Shown here: piece after piece, positions 25,025 through 33,698 of the stretch
How the letters are laid out: each line of letters begins with the position of its first letter
Position numbering within the stretch: position 1 is the first letter of the stretch
Source of the DNA: an uncultured Actinomycetes bacterium
Lineage (GTDB): Bacteria > Actinomycetota > Actinomycetes > Nanopelagicales > Nanopelagicaceae
Length of the DNA stretch: 64,000 nucleotides
NCBI GenBank assembly: GCA_903878415.1
Contig: CAIRHO010000004.1
Location: 44,831 to 108,830, forward strand
Direction of reading: 5' to 3'
Translations under genes and position numbers: made by a program
The notes under the pieces: generated by a model
Databases searched by the model: none
The model's input: the letters and a program-made list of their open reading frames with translations, nothing else
What the model was told of the DNA's origin: nothing

Positions 25025-25933
25025 ATGCGAGCGATTGCGGTAGTTGGAAGTTCTAATATTGACATGGTCACCTACACATCTCAGATCCCAGATAGTGGTG
25101 AAACTGTTATCGGTAATTCTTTTTCGACAAATTTTGGTGGGAAAGGCGCGAATCAAGCGGCAATGGCAAGCCGTTTTAATTCCACGGTTTATATGGTGAC
25201 CGGTGTTGGCTCAGATATTTTTGGCGATCAAATTATTGAAAATATGAAACTAGCAGGCATAAATACGGAGTATCTTCATAAGTTTTCTGAAAGTACCGGG
25301 GTAGCACCAATTTGGGTAGATGAGACTGGTGCTAATCGGATAATCGTGGTTCCAGGTGCAAGTAATTTGCTTACGGCAAAAGATGCTGTGACGGCAATTC
25401 AGACGATTAAACATTTGGGAGTTGTAGTTGGACAACTAGAAATATTAGAAGAAGTGACGTTGGCGGCATTTAAAGCAGCTAAAAAATTAGGGTTGATAAC
25501 GATTCTAAATCCGGCCCCAGCCAAAACACTTTCAAATGATTTCTTAGAAAATACTGATTGGTTAATTCCGAACGCCATCGAATTCGAATCGATTTCAAAT
25601 AGTGAGCCAAACCAGGCTTCCATGAGTGATTTCGCCAAGAAACACGGGGTTGGGCTCGTGGTCACTTTGGGAGAGAGTGGCGCAGCACTAATTGATCGGA
25701 GTGGTAAATATTTCAAAATTGAAAGTGAAAAAGTAGAAGTTGTAGATACGACTGGAGCGGGTGATTGTTTTGTAGGCACTTTCGCGGCTGGATTAAATGA
25801 AGGGTTGCGCCCGGAAATCGCCGCAAAGCTTGGAGTTATATGCGCAACAAGAAGTGTTACTCGAAAAGGCGCACAAATCTCTTATCCAGATAAAATTACA
25901 GTTACAAAATACTTAAATAGCTTGGCTTTCTAA
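25025..25933 (+). CDS. rbsK: Ribokinase.
   Basis: AVVGSSNIDMV, GGKGANQA and DTTGAGDCFVG are the canonical PfkB/ribokinase motifs. The ORF start at 24989 was trimmed to ATG 25025. Confidence 0.85.
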   Translation: MRAIAVVGSSNIDMVTYTSQIPDSGETVIGNSFSTNFGGKGANQAAMASRFNSTVYMVTGVGSDIFGDQIIENMKLAGINTEYLHKFSESTGVAPIWVDETGANRIIVVPGASNLLTAKDAVTAIQTIKHLGVVVGQLEILEEVTLAAFKAAKKLGLITILNPAPAKTLSNDFLENTDWLIPNAIEFESISNSEPNQASMSDFAKKHGVGLVVTLGESGAALIDRSGKYFKIESEKVEVVDTTGAGDCFVGTFAAGLNEGLRPEIAAKLGVICATRSVTRKGAQISYPDKITVTKYLNSLAF

Positions 25934-26791
25934 CTCTTTTACTGCGCTTGCTAAATTCTTCAGCTCAGCATCAGTAGATCTAAGTGTTGGACATGGCAAT
26001 CGCATATCGCCAAGCCTTGTTGGGATTATTTGCGGTGCAGCGTTTTTTAAGCAGCCGATAGCTTTTACAAAATCAAAACCTGGCTTCAAGATTGCATCAA
26101 AAACGCCGACGGTTGCTTGAATTAGTGCTTGCGCTTCTGCGTTCTTGCCTTCTTTAGCTAACTTATAAACCTTAGTTAAGTGTTTAGGGAAGAAGTTGCC
26201 AAGACCACAAATGCCACCAGAGGCGCCGAGTGCAATTCCTTTAGCTAGTAAAATATCGCTACCCAGTAGAACTTTGACTGCGCTTTCAAGATAATCTTTT
26301 GCAGAATTAATATCACCGCTGGAATCTTTCACACCCCAAATCGGAATATTTTTAGCCACGTCTACATCAATCTTCATCGAACAAGAAGGAATGTTGTAAG
26401 CGACGATTTTATGCCGAGTGCGATCTGCCACCGCTTTATAGAAGTCAATTAATGATTGATTATCAATTGGCTTAAAATAACTTGGTGGGATCACCATGAT
26501 CGCTTCTACTGGGATATCTTTAACAAAGTCTAAATATTCCCAAATATCGCCCAAGCTATTGGAGATAATTGTTGGGATTAACGCGGAGTTATGTGAAATA
26601 TCAGCCAATTGCTCGGTTATTTTTATTCTTTCCCGCAAGCTAATCGAGGCGCCTTCACCGAAAGTCCCAAAAGGTACAAGCCCGCTAACGCCATTTGCCA
26701 GCAACCATTTTGCGTGTTCAACCGTTGCAACGTAATCAACGTTATTTTTCTTATCAAAAGCCGTAAATTGCGGAATGAATAAACCTTGCAT
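25913..26791 (-). CDS. DHDPS/NAL-family class I aldolase (probable 2-keto-3-deoxy-sugar-acid aldolase or dehydratase).
   Basis: The protein is 292 aa. It has GTFGEG (the GTTGE-like motif) and a Schiff-base lysine context GVKDSSGD. The 3' end overlaps the convergent rbsK by 21 nt. Confidence 0.8.
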   Translation of the reverse strand: MQGLFIPQFTAFDKKNNVDYVATVEHAKWLLANGVSGLVPFGTFGEGASISLRERIKITEQLADISHNSALIPTIISNSLGDIWEYLDFVKDIPVEAIMVIPPSYFKPIDNQSLIDFYKAVADRTRHKIVAYNIPSCSMKIDVDVAKNIPIWGVKDSSGDINSAKDYLESAVKVLLGSDILLAKGIALGASGGICGLGNFFPKHLTKVYKLAKEGKNAEAQALIQATVGVFDAILKPGFDFVKAIGCLKNAAPQIIPTRLGDMRLPCPTLRSTDAELKNLASAVKELESQAI

Positions 26792-26906
26792 GAATCTTCT
26801 CCCTAGTTACCGAAGCTAAGCTCACGAGTTGTTAACTATTGACAATTCTAAGGTATCTGTAGCAGAGTTACTAGTTATCGGCGCGATTAATTTTTAGAGG
26901 AGAGTT

Positions 26907-27668
26907 ATGTCTTATCAAGGCATTTTTGATTTAACTGGAAAGACTGCAGTTGTAACCGGAGCGCGAAAAGGAATTGGCTTTGCAATGGCTTCAATACTCG
27001 CGGAGTTTGGCGCAAATATAATTGCGGTCAGCTCAAAGCAAGAAGCCGATGATGAACTGAAGAAAGTTGTTACGAGCTTCGGTGTTGAATTTACCGCGGT
27101 TGCGTGCGATCTACGCGAAAGATCTGAAACTAAATCTTTAATCTCAACTTTAAAAGATAGCAAAATTGATATTCTGGTAAATAACGCAGGTATTGCAAGT
27201 AGAGGCGTAGTTTTAGAACATACTGACGAGCAATGGGATCAAACCATTGAAATTGATTTGAATGCACCATTTTTACTCTCTAGAGAATTTGCTCGCGGTA
27301 TGGCAGCTCGCGGTAGCGGCAAAATTATTTTTACAGCTTCCATGTGGACTTTCTTGGGCGGCAAAAATGTAATTAGCTACACCGCTGCTAAGACTGCGCT
27401 CGGCGGTTTAACTCGTGGACTTTCAAATGAACTTTCGCCAATGGGCATCAACGTAAATGCGATCGCGCCTGGTTTCATTGAGACCGATATCAACAGCGCT
27501 GTGCGACAAGATAAGGCGCGTTTTGAATTTCTAAGTAGTCGAATTCCGATGGGGCGTTGGGGCAAACCAAGCGATTTGGCTGGCACCACCCTTTTTCTGG
27601 CGTCGGCAGCTTCGGATTATGTAACCGGCGTTGTCCTCCCAGTTGACGGCGGTTACCTAGCCAACTGA
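26907..27668 (+). CDS. SDR oxidoreductase, KduD-like (2-dehydro-3-deoxy-D-gluconate 5-dehydrogenase type).
   Basis: It has a TGARKGIG motif, YTAAK, and a C-terminal RIPMGRWGKPSDLAGTTLFLASAASDYVTG...VDGGYLA block that closely resembles KduD. AGAGGAGAG serves as Shine-Dalgarno. Confidence 0.8.
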   Translation: MSYQGIFDLTGKTAVVTGARKGIGFAMASILAEFGANIIAVSSKQEADDELKKVVTSFGVEFTAVACDLRERSETKSLISTLKDSKIDILVNNAGIASRGVVLEHTDEQWDQTIEIDLNAPFLLSREFARGMAARGSGKIIFTASMWTFLGGKNVISYTAAKTALGGLTRGLSNELSPMGINVNAIAPGFIETDINSAVRQDKARFEFLSSRIPMGRWGKPSDLAGTTLFLASAASDYVTGVVLPVDGGYLAN

Positions 27669-27702
27669 GCGTAAAAGTTATTGAAAAGTAACCTTTTAGT
27701 AC

Positions 27703-27758
27703 TTGACCTACGCCGCAGTAGGGTGAAGTATGCGAGAACTGTTAACTAAATACAGTTC
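27703..27758 (+). promoter_or_regulatory. Candidate promoter plus operator upstream of the sugar ABC operon.
   Basis: TTGACC (27703-27708), a 17-nt spacer and AAGTAT (27726-27731) form a possible promoter. Immediately downstream is the inverted repeat GAACTGT-N9-ACAGTTC (27736-27758), which contains TGTTAACTA. Confidence 0.35.
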
Positions 27759-27805
27759 ACAAAATGTGGCCTATTTAGTTTGAGATTCCACCGGAGGGAA
27801 TGCTT

Positions 27806-29137
27806 ATGAGTAAGAAAGAAAATAAAACAGTAGATGCTCTCGAAATAACAAACGCGACAGTTGGTCGTCGTGGATTTATTAAGGGTGCAGGAGCTGTTGC
27901 AGGAACTGTTGCAGTCGGATCAGTTGCAGGAGCAACTACCGCTAAAGCAGCAAAGACTCAGTTAAACATCACAACTTGGATGGGTGTAGAACCAGGCCGT
28001 AAAGAAGCATGGGAATCTGTACTAGGAAAATTCAACGCACAGAGCACAACTAGCGAAGTTAAATTAACTGGTTGGCCATTTGCGCAATATGTAAACCAAG
28101 TTCTGACTGGTTTAGAAGCTGGAACTCTTACCGACGATCTAATCATGTCAACACCTGACTTGGCAGTTCGACTATTTAAGAGCGGCTACTTCTTGCCACT
28201 TACTGATGCGGTCAAGGCTGCGGGCGTAACCCCAAATCCAAAGATTCACGCATATGTAACAAAAGACGGAGCTTGTTACGGTGTAAGTATCGTGACTGTT
28301 AACTTCGGTTTACTTTACAACTCAGAACTATTCTCAAAAGCTAAAATTAAGCCACCAACAACTCCAGAAGAGTTATTGGCTGCCGCTAAGAAACTTACAA
28401 AGAAGCCTAATCAATATGGTTTCTGGCATCCAAATACCATGGCTGAACAAGGCGACTTCTGGTTCAACATGCAGAACTGGGTCAACATGTATGACGGCGT
28501 TTGGGCTGTAGGTAAGACTCCAAAAGCTAACTCACCACAAGTTGTTAAAGCTATGCAACTTTGGTTAGACCTTTACAACGCAGCTATTCCTAAGGGAATT
28601 AACAACGCTGCAGCAACACAACTTGCCGCAAATGGCCGCGTCGCTCAAGGTTTCTGGGTATCAGCAGCAGTTAACGTGCTTAAGAGCACTAACGAAGCTG
28701 TATACGCAAAACTTCGCAGCGTTGCGTTGCCACATGCAAGCCACAAAGCTGCATCTCGTGTTCACCCAATCTCACTAAATAAATTGGGTAAGAACAAAGC
28801 TGCTGCAACTGAATTCTTGACATGGTTGTTCAAGCCAGAGAACATGGCTGATCTAACAATGCAATGTCTTGATTTCATTCCACCATTCCCAGAAATGGCG
28901 AATGTTCCTGCATTCAAGGCTTACTTAAAGACTCTGCCTTGGATCGATGGCTTCCTAACACCACCAAGCGTGCCTATTACTCCTATGGACATGATGGGTG
29001 ACTTCATCACAAAGAGTGATGAGTACGGAACTATTATCTTGACCAACTTGCAATCTGCCATTAATAAAAAGAAGACAGTGAAGCAGGCAATGGATCAAGC
29101 GCAGAAAGAACTTCTGGTTTTAGCCACGAAGCTCTAA
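27806..29137 (+). CDS. ABC transporter substrate-binding protein, carbohydrate (CUT1/family 1) type, with a Tat-like signal.
   Basis: RRGFIKGAGAVAGTVAVGSVAGA is a twin-arginine signal. The SBP_bac_1-like length is about 440 aa. GGAGGG at 27793-27798 favours the ATG at 27806 over 27800. Confidence 0.8.
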   Translation: MSKKENKTVDALEITNATVGRRGFIKGAGAVAGTVAVGSVAGATTAKAAKTQLNITTWMGVEPGRKEAWESVLGKFNAQSTTSEVKLTGWPFAQYVNQVLTGLEAGTLTDDLIMSTPDLAVRLFKSGYFLPLTDAVKAAGVTPNPKIHAYVTKDGACYGVSIVTVNFGLLYNSELFSKAKIKPPTTPEELLAAAKKLTKKPNQYGFWHPNTMAEQGDFWFNMQNWVNMYDGVWAVGKTPKANSPQVVKAMQLWLDLYNAAIPKGINNAAATQLAANGRVAQGFWVSAAVNVLKSTNEAVYAKLRSVALPHASHKAASRVHPISLNKLGKNKAAATEFLTWLFKPENMADLTMQCLDFIPPFPEMANVPAFKAYLKTLPWIDGFLTPPSVPITPMDMMGDFITKSDEYGTIILTNLQSAINKKKTVKQAMDQAQKELLVLATKL

Positions 29138-29180
29138 GATTTAACGTAATGCTTTGGTAGACCGGGAGTAAAAACGAGGA

Positions 29181-29234
29181 GAGAAAACCGAGATGATGGC
29201 TCTATGAATAAGAGATCATCGTCTCGGTTTTCTC
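29181..29234 (+). promoter_or_regulatory. Intercistronic stem-loop enclosing the start codon of the first permease gene.
   Basis: GAGAAAACCGAG (29181-29192) pairs perfectly with CTCGGTTTTCTC (29223-29234). An inner pair ATGAT/ATCAT lies at 29193-29197 and 29215-29219. The ATG at 29204 sits in the enclosed loop. Confidence 0.55.
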
Positions 29235-30106
29235 ATACCAAATTACCGTATCTATTAACACTTCCAATTATTTTATTGGTAGCGCTATTGGTGGTTTATC
29301 CGATTACCCAAGCGATCTGGACCAGCCTCACCGATAAAACTCTAGGTGCTGCGGTAGATACAAAAATTAATTTTGTTGGACTCCGTAATTACAATTCATT
29401 ACTGCACAGTTCAACTTTTTTGGCTAGTTTAAGAATTACAACCACATACGCATTCCTAAATGTAGTTTTCTCAGTTGGTGCCGGACTTTTAACGGCAATT
29501 TTAGTAAATAAGAAATTTAGAGGAAGAGGCGGAATTAGGGCGCTCATGACTGCGCCTTGGGCCTTTCCGGATATTGCCTCGGTAATTATTTTTATCTGGA
29601 TTTTGAACTCCGCTTTTGGAGTTGTAGGAATTTTGAATCAGCATCTTCCATTTGATACATCTGGTGGCTGGTTAACTTCTAGCCCATATGCATTTGTTTC
29701 GATCATCGTGATGTCTATGTGGAAGACTTTTCCGTTTTACAGCATTGTATTCTTGGCCGCGTTACAAGGTGTACCAGAAGATTTAACTGAAGCTGCAACC
29801 GTAGATGGCGCTGGCCCATTTCAGAGATTTAAAACCGTTACCCTGCCGAGCATTCGACCTACCTTTGTACTTCTAGCGCTTTTGGCCTTTATCTTCGCAT
29901 TCCGCCAATTCAGCATGATTTACCTAACTACAGGTGGCGGCCCAGAGCGCGATACCGAAACCTTAGTTTTAGCTGTTTACAACACCGCATTTAAGTATTA
30001 CGACCTAGCACTTTCCTCCGCAATTGGGGTTGTTGGATTGGTAGTTACTTTTTTAATCGCAGTAGTTTTTCTTGCGCTGCAATCTCGAGCTGAGAAGAGC
30101 AACTAA
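29204..30106 (+). CDS. Carbohydrate ABC transporter permease (MalF/UgpA-like).
   Basis: It has six TM helices and is 300 aa. It has an EAA-type loop (AATVDGAGPFQRFKTVTLP). Confidence 0.85.
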   Translation: MNKRSSSRFSHTKLPYLLTLPIILLVALLVVYPITQAIWTSLTDKTLGAAVDTKINFVGLRNYNSLLHSSTFLASLRITTTYAFLNVVFSVGAGLLTAILVNKKFRGRGGIRALMTAPWAFPDIASVIIFIWILNSAFGVVGILNQHLPFDTSGGWLTSSPYAFVSIIVMSMWKTFPFYSIVFLAALQGVPEDLTEAATVDGAGPFQRFKTVTLPSIRPTFVLLALLAFIFAFRQFSMIYLTTGGGPERDTETLVLAVYNTAFKYYDLALSSAIGVVGLVVTFLIAVVFLALQSRAEKSN

Positions 30107-30108
30107 AA

Positions 30109-30960
30109 ATGGCCATTGTTACTGGATCAAAATTTAGCAACGCTATTCGCACAACGTTACGTTATTTTGTAATTCTCTTAGTTAGCTTGCTCGTAATATT
30201 TCCGCTTTATTGGATGTTAGTTACCGCAGTACAAGCCCCTGAAGTAACACTTCGATATCCACCAGTTCTATATCCAATCGACCCAAACCTAAAAGGTTTC
30301 CATGCAATATTTTTTGAAAAACAAATGGGGAAATGGCTGATAAATTCAGGATTTGTTGCCATATTAACCACCGCGATTACAACAGCACTTTCCATACTTG
30401 GCGCATATGCGCTTTCTTGGTTTAAGTGGCGGGGCAAGGTTGCATTTGGATTAATGCTGCTCTTTACCCAGATGCTTCCTGAAGCGTTAATAGTTATTCC
30501 AATTTTCAAGATTTATAGCAACTTTCATTGGACGGATTCACTAGCAACACTTTCGCTTATTCACGCAGCATTCGTTATCCCGGTAGGAGTTTGGATCCTC
30601 AAGCCGGCTTTTGAAGGAATCCCAAAAGAAGTTAATGAGGCGGCACAGATTGATGGTTGTACCCCTATGGGAATACTTAGAAAAATAATAATTCCGCTAT
30701 GTTCGCCAGCGATTCTTGCAGTAGGCGTGGTTGCCTTCTTTGCAAGTTGGGGCGAATATTTAATTGCGGTCACAATGATTTCAACAGAGGGCAAATATCC
30801 AGCTTCAGTTGGTCTTGCATCAACAATGTCTCAGCTTGATACCCCAATTCAAACTTTGTTATCTGGGGCGATTGTTTATGGATTGCCACCAGTAATTCTC
30901 TATATGTTTATTCAACGATTCGTGATCTCTGGCTTAACTGCTGGCGCAATTAAAGGTTAA
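30109..30960 (+). CDS. Carbohydrate ABC transporter permease (MalG/UgpE-like).
   Basis: It has an EAA loop (EAAQIDGCTPMGILRKIIIP) and is 283 aa. No ATPase gene follows, as in actinobacterial CUT1 systems that use a shared MsiK-type ATPase. Confidence 0.85.
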   Translation: MAIVTGSKFSNAIRTTLRYFVILLVSLLVIFPLYWMLVTAVQAPEVTLRYPPVLYPIDPNLKGFHAIFFEKQMGKWLINSGFVAILTTAITTALSILGAYALSWFKWRGKVAFGLMLLFTQMLPEALIVIPIFKIYSNFHWTDSLATLSLIHAAFVIPVGVWILKPAFEGIPKEVNEAAQIDGCTPMGILRKIIIPLCSPAILAVGVVAFFASWGEYLIAVTMISTEGKYPASVGLASTMSQLDTPIQTLLSGAIVYGLPPVILYMFIQRFVISGLTAGAIKG

Positions 30961-30986
30961 TAACTCGACTAAGAAGGAGGCTGGAA

Positions 30987-31793
30987 ATGGTTGATAATAA
31001 AGGTTCACTCTGGCCGACAATCCGAGATACTCCTGTCCCACAAGGCGCAGTTCATATTTGGTGGTTACTACAAGCCGGATTTGTGATTAAAAGCCCAGGT
31101 GGTTTTACGGTTTGTATAGATGCTTACTTAACTGATTCCGTGAAAACTTCCTACGGTATCGGTAGAGGTTATCCAGCGCCGCTCTCACCAGAAGAGTCAG
31201 AGTTTGATGCGGTAATGGCCACTCATTCACATGATGACCACCAAGATCCAGAAGCAATAATTCCATTCTCTAAACATCCAAAGACTCGCTACATCGGACC
31301 CTTTAATGTAATAAAACTTGCACGCGCTGGCGGATTTTATGGCGATCGTTCTGTTCTAATTAACCGCGGTGAAGTTGTCGAAGTGGGCGACATTAAGATC
31401 GAAGCGGTTTATGCGCGCCATATGTTTGAACCAGAGCCAACTCCAGATGCTGCTGGATATTTAATTACTGTAGGTAAGTGGCGGATTTATCATTCAGGCG
31501 ATACTGAATACGATGCTCGAATCGTTGATGATACTGAAAACCGAACCGATGTTTCACTCATCTGCATTAACGGAATTACTGGAAATATGGATACTAAGGA
31601 AGCTGCCTTTCTTGCTTGGCGTCAAGGTTGCAAAGTTGCAGTTCCAATGCACTTTGGGTTGTGGCGCGAAGATGAAGAATTTAATAAGACTGCAACTCTA
31701 GATTTAAATGAATTTACCGATACTTACAAACGCCTTGAACCTAATGGTCGAGTATGGATTCCAGAACTTGGAAAACCGTTGGAGATGAAGTAG
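30987..31793 (+). CDS. MBL-fold metallo-hydrolase (UlaG-like; candidate sugar lactonase).
   Basis: It has the H-x-H-x-D-H motif (ATHSHDDHQD) and is 268 aa. AGGAGG serves as Shine-Dalgarno, and it is the last gene of the ABC operon. Confidence 0.7.
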   Translation: MVDNKGSLWPTIRDTPVPQGAVHIWWLLQAGFVIKSPGGFTVCIDAYLTDSVKTSYGIGRGYPAPLSPEESEFDAVMATHSHDDHQDPEAIIPFSKHPKTRYIGPFNVIKLARAGGFYGDRSVLINRGEVVEVGDIKIEAVYARHMFEPEPTPDAAGYLITVGKWRIYHSGDTEYDARIVDDTENRTDVSLICINGITGNMDTKEAAFLAWRQGCKVAVPMHFGLWREDEEFNKTATLDLNEFTDTYKRLEPNGRVWIPELGKPLEMK

Positions 31794-32456
31794 TTAAACT
31801 GCCTGCAAACTAGGGATAACTTTCTTAATCTCGAAAGCAGGAATACTTCCTTCGCGAACCATTCTTGGCCGACCCTCAAGACATGAAACTATGCTTGTTT
31901 GTTTAGTGGACTTGATAACTCCAGAGTTGATGGCAATCGAAACAAGTTTTTTATTTGCTGGGATTAGACCTGCAAGCGACTTTAAAACTTTCCCATCATT
32001 ATCTTGGAGCGCCGTATAAATAACGGGACCCATAAGCTCGGAGATCACATTCAAGAGGAGATTGCTTGGCTTTCGAGCCATAACAGAGGCTGGGGTGGAA
32101 TCCGCGCCTAAATTACAAGGGAGAACCTCGCTGGTTTTAAATTCAATATTTAGTAACCCTGGCCAAAAGGTGGAAGTTAATAACCGGTCGCGATCTGAAA
32201 TTTCCGGCAGGTATGAAAGTAAATCGTTAATTTCGTTTACAAAAACTGGAAACGAAATATCCGCATCTAAATCTTTTAAAGATCTAAATGCTGCAACGCC
32301 ATCACCGCTAGCAGGATCGGCAATCGCAACGTAAGCGCTCTCAATAGCGATAACTACGACGCCACCTTCACGTAATTTTTCAACTAAAGCAAAAGCCAGC
32401 TTTTGAATTTTAGTTTTTTCACTCTTTTTTGGGACTAATACCGTTTTCATTATCAA
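31794..32456 (-). CDS. Divergent Sua5/YciO/YrdC-fold protein.
   Basis: The layout is colinear with YrdC: L.EGGVVVIAIESAYVAIADP (versus PTE/DTvYGl), an LK......FPVFV block, FWPGLLNIEF (versus WPGP.T), and a C-terminal S.IV....P...REG block. Key basic and Ser/Asn motifs appear substituted. Confidence 0.5.
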   Translation of the reverse strand: MIMKTVLVPKKSEKTKIQKLAFALVEKLREGGVVVIAIESAYVAIADPASGDGVAAFRSLKDLDADISFPVFVNEINDLLSYLPEISDRDRLLTSTFWPGLLNIEFKTSEVLPCNLGADSTPASVMARKPSNLLLNVISELMGPVIYTALQDNDGKVLKSLAGLIPANKKLVSIAINSGVIKSTKQTSIVSCLEGRPRMVREGSIPAFEIKKVIPSLQAV

Positions 32457-33698
32457 CTATTTTAAAAATTTAATCATGGAAGCGTCGACTTCGGCAAATG
32501 AGTTAGCACCAAGCAGTTTTAAAGTCCGCACCATTTGGGTCTGCAAAATTGTGAGCGTGCGCTCAACACCAATTTTGCCACCAGCCATAAGACCATACAA
32601 ATAAGCCCGCCCAACCCAAGTGAAATCCGCACCGAGGGCTTTTGCGGCAACAATATCCGCACCATGCATGATCCCGGTATCGATATGTAATTCCATGCTT
32701 GATTTAAGTTCTCGTCTTACCTCAGGAAGCAATTCAAATGGAACTGGGGCTCGATCTAATTGGCGACCGCCGTGATTAGAAAGTACAACAGCATCGACGC
32801 CGTAGTCAGCGCACTTGATAGCATCATCTAAGCGTTGCACACCTTTTACAATTAATTTCTTCTTCCAAATAGATCTAATCCACTTCAAATCATCGTAGGT
32901 CATTGATGGATCAAACATTGTGTCCATTAATTGCGCAACGGTACCGTTCCAAGATTCAAGTGCTGCAAAATTTAGCGGTTCTTTAGTTAGAAAATTCCAC
33001 CACCAGCCAGGACGTGGAAGTGCATTTAGAAAAGTATTTAAAGTAAGTGTTGGTGGAACCGTTAAGCCATTTCTAATATCACGCAATCTTGCGCCAGCTA
33101 CTTGGGCATCAACAGTTAATACCAGGCCTTCATAACCAGCGGTTTCCGCTCTCTTTATCAACTCGATACTTCGATCGCGATCTCGCCATAAATATAATTG
33201 GAACCAATTACTTCCATTAGGCGCAGCTTCTTTCACTTTTTCGATGGAAGTTGTACCCATTGTTGAGAGCGTGAACGGGATACCGAATGCTGCCGCAGTA
33301 GATGCGCCAGCTTTTTCACCATCGGTATGCATCATACGAGTGAAACCAGTCGGCGCTATCCCAACCGGCATTTTATAATTAACACCGAGCATTTTTGTTT
33401 CTAAGGAAATGTTTGAAACATCGCGCAAGATGTGCGGCGAGAATTCAATATTTTCGAAAGATTTGCGTGCTCGGTTTAATGAAATTTCTTGTTCGGCTGC
33501 GCCATCGGTGTAATCAAAAGGTCCACGAGGTGTTGCTTTTTTTGCCGCTAAGCGAAGATCATAGATTGTGTTAGAGCGTTGGACTCGGCGTTTTTTTGGC
33601 GATAGAACAGGTTTACGAACGTTAAAAAGTTGTTTCAAATTATTTAACCGATTGCTCTGTTTCAAAACTCTACCCTCGTCCCTTTTTGTAGTCCGCAA
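32457..33698 (-). CDS. lldD: FMN-dependent alpha-hydroxy-acid dehydrogenase (L-lactate dehydrogenase, LldD2-like).
   Basis: It has the SNHGGRQLD active-site motif and a TIM-barrel FMN-dehydrogenase layout. A basic N-terminal extension resembles that of actinobacterial LldD2. The start is TTG and the protein is 413 aa. Confidence 0.8.
   Translation of the reverse strand: MRTTKRDEGRVLKQSNRLNNLKQLFNVRKPVLSPKKRRVQRSNTIYDLRLAAKKATPRGPFDYTDGAAEQEISLNRARKSFENIEFSPHILRDVSNISLETKMLGVNYKMPVGIAPTGFTRMMHTDGEKAGASTAAAFGIPFTLSTMGTTSIEKVKEAAPNGSNWFQLYLWRDRDRSIELIKRAETAGYEGLVLTVDAQVAGARLRDIRNGLTVPPTLTLNTFLNALPRPGWWWNFLTKEPLNFAALESWNGTVAQLMDTMFDPSMTYDDLKWIRSIWKKKLIVKGVQRLDDAIKCADYGVDAVVLSNHGGRQLDRAPVPFELLPEVRRELKSSMELHIDTGIMHGADIVAAKALGADFTWVGRAYLYGLMAGGKIGVERTLTILQTQMVRTLKLLGANSFAEVDASMIKFLK

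Noticed and set aside
24961-25071. The long N-terminal extensions of the aldo/keto reductase ORF (to 25071) and the ribokinase ORF (from 24989) would make the two divergent genes overlap by 83 nt.
   Set aside because: The extensions (MTMSILELPTT..., MIDGRERSILTK) precede the canonical family N-termini (MKNNQRRFIGKLEV..., MRAIAVVGSSNID...). Trimming them restores a 64-nt divergent promoter spacer.
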